This document shows positions 29,211 to 38,800 of a stretch of 64,000 bases of DNA, in pieces. This stretch comes from Candidatus Moraniibacteriota bacterium (GTDB taxonomy: Bacteria > Patescibacteriota > Minisyncoccia > Moranbacterales > GCA-2747515). The notes beneath the pieces were generated by a model. The model searched no databases, was not told the origin of the DNA, and saw only the letters and a list, made by a program, of their open reading frames with translations. The position numbers were made by a program, and so were the translations under genes. Location of the stretch: the NCBI GenBank assembly GCA_046116545.1, contig CP175956.1, positions 1,089,734 to 1,153,733 on the forward strand, written 5' to 3'. How positions within the stretch are numbered: the first letter of the stretch is position 1; the number at the start of each line of letters is the position of its first letter.

Positions 29211-29465
29211 TCATCTACGAAGCATTGATTCTTCTGCAATTTCATGTTGCTTTTCTGGAGTATATACATAATCCTGAGGTCGATTTTTTGAAAATACTAC
29301 CTTACATTTTTTGCACCACAAATTCATACTATTGATACAAAGAATATTGATAATGTAAGTACTTACTGAATCTCTCTGTCCACAAACAGGACATGCGACA
29401 GGTAATGCAGGGAAAGAACAAATAAATTCAATGTGTTGTCCTGCTTTTTTAAAAATAGAAATCAT
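29211..29465 (-). CDS. Small putative zinc-ribbon protein (about 84 aa)
   Basis: CPVC...CKKC; strong GAGGAGGT SD 8 nt before ATG at 29465 (MISIFKK); own terminator. Confidence 0.6.
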   Translation of the reverse strand: MISIFKKAGQHIEFICSFPALPVACPVCGQRDSVSTYIINILCINSMNLWCKKCKVVFSKNRPQDYVYTPEKQHEIAEESMLRR

Positions 29466-29493
29466 GACATTACACCTCCTCAAGTTAGTATGT

Positions 29494-32469
29494 TTATTTT
29501 TTAATTGCGATAACTACTTTTTCTCCATCAACTTTAAATTCATCTTCTAAATCTGAATCATTTAAAATTTCATTCTGCAAATTATTAGCTAATACTTCAT
29601 GCGCAATCACACCTTTATAATCTGCAAAAACATCATTAAAGCCACTGAAGCCTACTGATATTCTATCATCTAATTCATAATCAGCCTTCTTACGCATTTG
29701 TTGTATGTGTCGTATTATTTCACGAGCCTGACCTTCTTTTCTTAGCTCATCAGTTAATTTTATATTCAATTCGATTTTTACATCATTGATATCTCCCATA
29801 TTTTTCGCATTCTCATCAAATTCAAAATCATCAAAAATAATACTTTTAACGTTTAATTCTTCTTTGACAATATCAAGAAATTCTTCTGTTATTTGTAATT
29901 CCTCTTTCTTGATTTTTAATTCTGACAATGGCTGTCTTACTTTCATTTGAGTTCTTGCTCTCAACTTCAAACCTTCACTTATAATATCTCTTACAAATTG
30001 CATTTGTTCATTTAACTCTGTGTCAATACACATTTCATCACTAACTGGAAAATTAGCTAAATGTACACTTTCTTTATCAGAAAGATTTTTGTAAATCTCA
30101 TCCGCTAAAAATGGTGCGAATGGCGCAATAGTCTTTGACAGCTCTACTAATACATAATGTAGGGTTGCATAAGCTTCATTTTTATCACCATCATCCTCAC
30201 TTTTCCAAAATCTCTTGCGACTCCTACGAATATACCAATTTGATAAATCATCAACAAACGGTGCAAATTTTCTTGTTGCTTGCATTAAATGATAACTTTC
30301 CATTTCACTGTCTACATCCTTGATTAACTGATGTAACTTGGAGATAAGCCATTTATCTAACAGATTATTTACTTTTGGAACACCTTCATAGTTCACTTTC
30401 CAGCCATCCACATTAGCATACATCACAAAAAAACTATAACTCTGCCAAAGCATCCGAAAAGTCCCACGAGCAATCTCGGACAAATCTTTTTCGCTAAAAC
30501 TCAAATCATTAGCATTTACCACTGGTGACTGAGCAAGGTAAAATTTCAATGGATCAGCTCCATATTTTTCAACCATTTCCATTGGATCTGGATAGTTTTG
30601 TAATTTTTTAGACATCTTTTGTCCATCCTCTGCCAAAACAATTCCATTAGTAATAACATTTTTGAAAGCCTCTTTTTCAAAAATTCCACCCGCAATAACG
30701 TGCAGATAATAAAACCATGCCCTCGTTTGATCAATTCCCTCTGCAATAAAATCAGCTGGAAAATTATTTTCAAAAACCTCCTTATTTTCAAAAGGATAAT
30801 GCGCTTGACCATAAGGCATAGAGCCACTATCAAACCAAGTATCCAAGACATCTGGCACACGATGCATCTGCCCATCACATTTGCCACAATCAAAAGAAAT
30901 TTCATCAACAACGTGTTTGTGCAAATCATCAACCTCGACGCCACTAGCATCTTTCAGTTCAGCAATTGAACCAAAGACTTTTTTATCATCACATTTATTA
31001 CAAACCCAAATCGGCATGACACTCGCCCAAAATCGTTGACGCGAAATAGACCAATCACGACCACCTTCCAACCAATTGCCAAAGCGACCTTCTTTGAGAT
31101 GTTCTGGTGTCCAATTAATATTTTTAGCATTTTCTAGTAAATTTTCTTTAATTTTTGTAACTGCTACAAACCAAGATCCTGTTGCATAATTAATCAAAGG
31201 TGTATCACAACGCCAACAGTGTGGATAACTATGTTCATACTTTTCTTTGTGAAATAAAGTACCTTTACCTGCAAGATATTTAATCACTTCAATATCCGTA
31301 GACTGAGGATTTTCAATTGGCTTTACATTTAATCCTCCAATAGCCTCAACTCTTTCGTCCACCACGCCATTCAGAGTCAAATGTTGCACAAAAGGCAAAT
31401 CGTTTTCTTTACCAAGAGCCATATCATCCTCACCAAATGCCGGAGCAATATGCACAACACCAGTACCATCTTCCGTAGTCACAAAATCAGCCGCATAAAC
31501 TTGCCAACCATTTTCTCTATTTTCTAAGCTCTCATCACTAGCATAAGTATCCCAAAGAGATTTGTATTTCAAACCAACTAAATCAGAACCTTTAAGGTTT
31601 TCAATAATTTCAAATTCAGAATCATTCATAACATCCTCCAACCTAGTCTTTGCTAAAATAAATTGCACTAAATTGCCAGTTCCTTCATCTTTTTTTTGAA
31701 TCTTTACATATTCAACATCATTACCTACAGCTAATGCAACATTTCCCGGAAGTGTCCATGGAGTAGTTGTCCAAGCAAGAATAGAAGTTTTAGGATCGTC
31801 CAACAGATTAAATTCTGCAATCACCGATAAATCCTTCACATCTTTATAACCTTCACTTACTTCAGACTGTGAAAGGGTTGTCTCACAACGAGGACAAACA
31901 TGCATCGAACGATAACTGTAATAAATTAAATCCTTATCCCAAAGTTGTTTAAACGTCCACCAAACACTTTCCATAAAATCTTTATCCATTGTACGATAAG
32001 AGTCATCCATATCAGCCCAACGACCCAGACGATTAATGATTTTTTCCCATTCATCCGCATATTCCAAAACTTTAGAACGACAAAGATTATTAAATTTTTC
32101 AACTCCCAATTCCTCAATTTCTTTTTTTGTTTTACTGCCTAATTCTTTTTCTACAATATTTTCAATTGGCAATCCATGACAATCCCAACCCCATTTACGC
32201 GGAATGTATTTCCCCTTCATAGTCCAATAACGAGGAGTGACGTCTTTAATTACCGAAGCAACAATATGTCCATAATGAGGTAACCCAGTTGCAAAAGGAG
32301 GACCATCATAAAAACTATATTTATTACTATCATCTTTAGTTTTTCTATTTTCCATTGATTTGTGGAAAATATCATTCTCATTCCAAAATTTCAAAATATC
32401 CTCCTCAACTTTAGAAAGTTTTTTAGAAGAATCTACTGGGCTAAAATGTTGTTGTTTTTCGTTTGACAT
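29494..32469 (-). CDS. ileS: Isoleucine--tRNA ligase (type 2, eukaryote-like)
   Basis: 'DGPPFATGLPHYGH', 'GWDCHGLP', 'WTTTPWTLP', 'GTGVVH.AP', 'DQTRAWFY', 'KMSKK', C-terminal 'EG.ARE..R.IQ..RK'. Confidence 0.97.
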   Translation of the reverse strand: MSNEKQQHFSPVDSSKKLSKVEEDILKFWNENDIFHKSMENRKTKDDSNKYSFYDGPPFATGLPHYGHIVASVIKDVTPRYWTMKGKYIPRKWGWDCHGLPIENIVEKELGSKTKKEIEELGVEKFNNLCRSKVLEYADEWEKIINRLGRWADMDDSYRTMDKDFMESVWWTFKQLWDKDLIYYSYRSMHVCPRCETTLSQSEVSEGYKDVKDLSVIAEFNLLDDPKTSILAWTTTPWTLPGNVALAVGNDVEYVKIQKKDEGTGNLVQFILAKTRLEDVMNDSEFEIIENLKGSDLVGLKYKSLWDTYASDESLENRENGWQVYAADFVTTEDGTGVVHIAPAFGEDDMALGKENDLPFVQHLTLNGVVDERVEAIGGLNVKPIENPQSTDIEVIKYLAGKGTLFHKEKYEHSYPHCWRCDTPLINYATGSWFVAVTKIKENLLENAKNINWTPEHLKEGRFGNWLEGGRDWSISRQRFWASVMPIWVCNKCDDKKVFGSIAELKDASGVEVDDLHKHVVDEISFDCGKCDGQMHRVPDVLDTWFDSGSMPYGQAHYPFENKEVFENNFPADFIAEGIDQTRAWFYYLHVIAGGIFEKEAFKNVITNGIVLAEDGQKMSKKLQNYPDPMEMVEKYGADPLKFYLAQSPVVNANDLSFSEKDLSEIARGTFRMLWQSYSFFVMYANVDGWKVNYEGVPKVNNLLDKWLISKLHQLIKDVDSEMESYHLMQATRKFAPFVDDLSNWYIRRSRKRFWKSEDDGDKNEAYATLHYVLVELSKTIAPFAPFLADEIYKNLSDKESVHLANFPVSDEMCIDTELNEQMQFVRDIISEGLKLRARTQMKVRQPLSELKIKKEELQITEEFLDIVKEELNVKSIIFDDFEFDENAKNMGDINDVKIELNIKLTDELRKEGQAREIIRHIQQMRKKADYELDDRISVGFSGFNDVFADYKGVIAHEVLANNLQNEILNDSDLEDEFKVDGEKVVIAIKK

Positions 32470-32489
32470 ATAATTTTATAATTAAAAAT

Positions 32490-32696
32490 AAAAAAATCCT
32501 CAAAAACAAATGTTTTAAGGACGAATATAATCCGCGATACCACCTTAATTTAAAAACTAAATTCAGTCTTCACTCTTAATTACAGCTATTACAGGCTTAC
32601 CTGTTGAGTTCTACTTCCTACTTTTACATAGAGTTCTTCTCACATCCCCTTATTTAAAATAAGTTCAGTATTGATATTACTGTCAAAGGATTTTAT
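32490..32696 (-). ncRNA. T-box riboswitch leader of ileS
   Basis: Minus strand AATTAAGGTGGTATCGCG (32533-32550) matches the T-box consensus; followed by CGTCCTTA antiterminator half and terminator hairpin plus U-tract (32490-32521); upstream stem with GAA/AGUA; promoter TTGCAA-17-TAGTCT. Confidence 0.85.
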
Positions 32697-32749
32697 ATCT
32701 TTAGACTACAACAAAAATCAACAAATTGCAATAAACTAAATACTTATAT

Positions 32750-32786
32750 AAAATCTACCCTACATTTAAAAGCAGGGTAGATTTTT
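32750..32786. terminator. Intrinsic terminator downstream of the 2790-aa gene
   Basis: AAAATCTACCCT-loop-AGGGTAGATTTT; similar in design to the terminator of its paralog at 4672. Confidence 0.75.
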
Positions 32787-32803
32787 AAAATATTGATCTA
32801 ATT

Positions 32804-35800
32804 TCATTCAGAGCCTTCTACAATAAACCAATCAAACTTTATCATATTCGTGATAGCATCTTTCACTTTAACAATGAATCCAACTCCATCTTGAATTTCT
32901 GATACTGATACTAATTGTTCAACATCTCCATGAGGTGTTACAAATATATGACTATTATTTGTTACAGCTTCTGTGGCAACAAATATACTTTGACCATCAC
33001 TTTCACTTTCTAAATCAACTACACAATCATCATCAGCCTCATCATAACTTGTATCTTCTGGACAAATTACTGATTTACCTACAATAGAATCATCTTCTTG
33101 ACTTTCTACTGTCAGCTTATTTATTTCAATTTCTTGTGCAACAAGCTTCTTAACACTTAGTAATCCTTCTAATGTCAAATCTATGACATCTGCAATAATT
33201 TCATTCCCATCTCCATCAACTGTTGATTGTGTTAATACTCCATTTTCAACAAATATTAACTTATCTACATCCAGTGCTAATACTCTCGTATCAATATTAG
33301 TTAATATACTTAGACTTGCTTGCAAGTCATCTATTCTACTATTTATCTCAGGAATCACTTGTTGTGTTAGTGTATTTGCTTCATCTCGTAATTCTAACAC
33401 ATCATCACCAACTTGATTTATGGTATTATAAGATGTTTCAAATTGATCGTCTGTTGAACTTTGCAAATCAACTATATTTGTATCCGTTTTTAATGTAAGA
33501 CTTTTAATACTTGTGTCTATTTCTTGCATTTTATCTGGTGTTGGTAAATCAAGAATATTTAATGAATCAATTTGTGGTATCTCAACCCCTGTATTTTTAT
33601 CAGTTATATATACCAATTTTTCTCCTGTAAGCTTTTCTATAAATCTCATAGCTTTTGTCATATCCACATTGATAATTTTTTCATCTCTTTCTGAACGATA
33701 TGCCCATGCCATATCTTCACTTGCGCCTGCTGGAATATCTGAGAAATTATGTGGTGAAAGAGTTGTTACATTTCCAGCTTCATCACGCACTCGGAGCTCA
33801 TGACTACCAGCATCCTCAACTGCAAACAGTTGAATACCATCTGTAATACTAGCTGTCGGTGCTACTGAACTTGAAATAGTTAATAAATTATTTGCATCAG
33901 TCCCATAATTTTCAGAACCAATTGCCATATTTCCACCATCATAATAAATACCCTCAAAGTTCTCTGTCCACAAAGTATCGCCGTCAGGATTCTCTGTGTT
34001 AACACAATAAAGCACATTCACATTTGTTGGACGTGTTTCACTTCCACCTGTTGCCTGCGTAGTCATTGTTGGCTTCCAATTATATACACCTTCTTTTTTA
34101 TAACCTGTAGTAGTTCCAGCTGCATCATTTTCTGCATCATGTAATTGGAAATCATGATCATGACTTGCAAATTCATCATCTTGAGTAGTTCCTACTGCAT
34201 CACCTGTTGTACCATCACCTCTATCACCACGACTAGCTGCATCTGGATCCAGACCAGCACCATGATCCCAACCACGTAAGAATCGTCCACGATAATCTGG
34301 TACATTAAACGTGCTAGAACCATCACCATCACCATACATATCACCAAGTACTGCATAAAGATCTGGATATGCTGTTCGTGAAGCTTCAGCACCATCTGCC
34401 TCAAGCCAACCTGGTGGACACACTTCTGTAGCATATGCATTCACAGTTCCAGCTGACAATGAATCCGTTGTCCCATGACTACCTATATCCTTTTTTGTAA
34501 TTGCAACACCAGCAACCACATCTCCTGCTCCAGCTGCTGTAAACACAACTCTCAAACTTGATTCATACTTTATATGTGGCAAATTAATAAACGTGTTATC
34601 ATCACCGACTTCATCTTCAAAAAGTCCAACATCTAAACTTTGTAATACACCATCAATTTCAATTGTCACCTCAGATATTGAAGCACCCTCAATATGACCT
34701 GATACTAAATAACCAGATTCATTAGAAATATCAATTAATGTCATTATTCCAACATCAGATTGAACTCTATGTTGTGTAATTCCTCCATTAAGATCATCTG
34801 CCGTTAAATAATCAGATGTTGTACTTCCAATAATAATACCTCCACCGCCACTTCCTGTGCTCAATGCTCCCCAAACTGTACCGTTACAAAACTCCATCGC
34901 CATTTGTGTCGTATTGTATCTCATTGAACCTTCCTTACTTGAATCACAAGCATCAAAATCAGAACCAATTCTTATACTACCTTCTATATCCAAGTTTGTA
35001 CCATCAAACATTAGATTGGTACCTGCAACAATTGCATTTCCAATACTATTAGTATACGGGATTGAACCTGCAATATAGCTTGATGGTGTATCTGTGAGGT
35101 CTAGAAATGATAAATCTGGAGATGTGAATGATTTCCATTGTGTACCATTATATCCTTCAAAATCAGTTCCAGTCCATCGTATATTACCTGCAATTGTATT
35201 TGTTGTTGAACCAAGTCTAATAGCACCATCCACATCCAATGCTTCTTGTGGTGTATTTGTACCAATTCCAACATTTCCACTTGTGTAATATATATCAGAA
35301 CCATTTTGTGTCCACATGCCCAATCCTGTTGTCGGTTGGTCTCCGGCTTCGTTTATTGTTTTTACGTATTGTGGTGAATATGCATTAGTTGCTGTGCTAT
35401 TACCTAACTGTCCTTGTCCATTATATCCCCAACATTGCACACGTCCGCCAGTAGTCTTAACACATGTATGTGTCAGACCTCCATAACCACCCATAGCAAT
35501 TTGAGTTGCGCTGTCTATATTTGAAACCTTAACTGGAGAATATTGATCTGTTGTATTTCCATTTCCAACCTGTCCATTTGCATTATATCCCCAACAACTC
35601 ACCTCTCCACTATTATGTAGTGCACATACTGTTCCATATAAATTATAACCACCTGCAATAATAATGTCTTTAACATCTGTAAGTCCTGGATCTACTGGTG
35701 AATTACTATTTGTTGTTGTCCCTATACCTAATTGACCTCGTCCATTATGTCCCCATGACCTCACTGTTCCATCTTGCAATACTACAAATGTTACATTTCC

Positions 35801-38800
35801 ATTATCTCCACCAATAGCAATATCAAATGCATTTGTAATTCCTAATACTTGAGAAGGTGCCGTCCTATTTGTTGTATCACCTAAACCAAGTGCTCCATCA
35901 TCATTATTTCCCCAACACCATACAGTATTATCATTTTTAATTGCACATCTATGGACCTGTCCAGTGTAATCACCTTGAGCAACCATCTTTGATACATTAT
36001 TTATTGTAATAGGTGTAGGTGTATTTCTTGCTGTAGTTGTACCATCCCCAAGTTCTCCTTGAGCATTTGCTCCCCAACATTGAACTGAACCATCATTGAA
36101 TTGTGCACAATATGAAGCTGTATTTCCTCCACCACCTGATATATCAGCCACATTTCCTGTGATTATTTGTACTGGTGAAGTTTGCTGTGTTGTATTTCCA
36201 TTTCCCACTTGACCTGAAGCATTATATCCCCAACAATATACATTTCCACTTGTGTCTAATGCACATGCTGAAGCTGCTACATTATGTAAATTCCTTGATG
36301 TAGCAATTTTTGAAATATTTTCCAATGCTCCCACTCGCACAGGAGTTGGTCGCTGTGTTGTTGTACCATCACCAAGTGCACCATGACCATTATATCCCCA
36401 AGCATACAAATGACCATTTTCAAGTATTGCATATGTTATTTGTCTATTTGTACTAATTGAGCTCACATTTTCTGGCAATACCACTTCAACTGGTAAGTAT
36501 TTATTTGATATCATACTATCATCACCCAATTCTCCATTTACGTCACGTCCCCAACATTGTACTTTTTTATCTTCCATTATTGCACATGAAATACCTGCAT
36601 TACTGTTTCCCTCCCACAACTTCTCAACCTGATTGATAGTAGTTTCACCACCAGCTGCACCAACTGATATACAAACAGGATCTCCATTTGCATCAAATCC
36701 TCTTAATGCTTCTCCTATTGGACATTGTGTTGTTATGTTAGATGCTAATATATTTCCTGAAGTATATATATCTCCTCCTACTACTGATAGTTTATGTGTT
36801 GGGTTTGTTGTTCCCAATCCTAAGCTTCCACTTTCTGTAAGTGTTAATGTTTGTGTTCCATTTAGTGATATTGCAAAGTTATTATCTACTTGTTCTCTTA
36901 GAGTCCATAGATTTGAATTTGCTCCACTATCTGCTAGTTGTAATATATTTGTTTGTGTTGTTCCGTTTATATCTAATTCGTAATTTGGTGTTGTTGTATT
37001 TATTCCTACATTTCCACTTGTATAATATATATCTGATCCGTTTGCTGTCCACAGTCCACCACCAACTACAGGATTGTCATCATATGTTTCATTAACAGTT
37101 TTCACATATTGAGGAGTTGTCCTCATAGTTTCTGTTCCATTTCCAAGTTGTCCATATGTGTTATCTCCCCAACATTTCATCCTACCATCTATCAATGTTA
37201 CACAAGCATGAGTTGGTCCTGCAAAGCCTCCCATTGCAATATCCTTTGCATATTCAACACCCTCAACAAGACTAGGTGTTGTTTGTGGATTTACAGTTGT
37301 ACCGTTTCCTACTTGACCATTACCATTATATCCCCAACAACTCACTTCACCACTATTATGCAGTGCACAAACAGTTCCATACAAACTATATCCACCAGCA
37401 ATTACCACTTTACTCACATCTGTCAAACCTGCATCCACAGGTGTACTACTATTTGTAGTTGTACCAATGCCCAGCTGTCCTCCACCATTATAACCAGTTG
37501 ATCGTACTGTTCCATCTTGCAATACCACATGTGTTGAAGCACCATTATCACCACCAACTGCAATATCAACTGCATTTGTAATTCCAAGCATTTGTGTTGG
37601 CACATGACGATCTGCTGTATCTCCTACTCCCAAAGCACCATTACCATTATCTCCCCAACACCATACAGTACCATCATTTTTAATTGCACACTTATGACCA
37701 TCTTCACCATAACCACCTTGAGCCACAATTTTTGAAACATTTGACAAACTAATTTGCGTAGGAATATTTCTGTCAATAATAGTACCATCACCAACTTGAC
37801 CTTGAGAATTTCTTCCCCAACACCACACAGATCCATCTGTTTTTGTAGCACAAAATGAACTATATTGACTTCCACCTCCTGAGATACCTGTTACATCTGC
37901 TGCAATAATTTGAACTGGTGAAGTTTGTTGTGTTGTTGTACCATTTCCTACTTGTCCATATCCATTATATCCCCAACAATATACAGCGCCCACATCATTT
38001 AATGCACATACAGTGCCATGATTTTGATATAAGTTTTCTGAAGTTGCTATTTCTGTAATATCTTCCAACGTTCCTATTCTTACTGGAATATGTCTCACTG
38101 TAGTTGTTCCATCTCCCAATTCACCTTGTGCGTTATACCCCCAACCATATACTTGTCCATTTTCTAAAATTGCATATGTTGAATGTTTGTTTGTAATAAC
38201 TTCTTCTACATCACCTGGTAAATTTACTATTTCCGGAAATGGTTTGTCTGCTGCATTCACACCTGTCCCAACTTCACCACTATCATCATGTCCCCAACAC
38301 TGTACAGTTTTATCTTCCATTACTACACATGAAGTTCCATCATTTGATTGTCCTTTCCATATTTTTTCTGCTTTATTTATAGCCAATTCACCACCAGCAG
38401 CTCCAACTGATATACAAACAGGATCTCCATTTGCATCAAATCCTCTTAATGCTTCTCCTATTGGACATTGTGTTGTTATGTTAGATGCTAATATATTTCC
38501 TGAAGTATATATATCTCCTCCTACTACTGATAGTTTATGTGTTGGGTTTGTTGTTCCCAATCCTAAGCTTCCACTTTCTGTAAGTGTTAATGTTTGTGTT
38601 CCATTTAGTGATATTGCAAAGTTATTATCTACTTGTTCTCTTAGAGTCCATAGATTTGAATTTGCTCCACTATCTGCTAGTTGTAATATATTTGTTTGTG
38701 TTGTTCCGTTTATATCTAATTCGTAATTTGGTGTTGTTGTATTTATTCCTACATTTCCACTTGTATAATATATATCTGATCCGTTTGCTGTCCACAATCC

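Noticed and set aside
36660-38796. 394-bp repeat pair as a DGR template/variable repeat or as IS ends
   Set aside because: Copies show no adenine-specific mismatches, both are in-frame coding, and no RT or transposase is in the window
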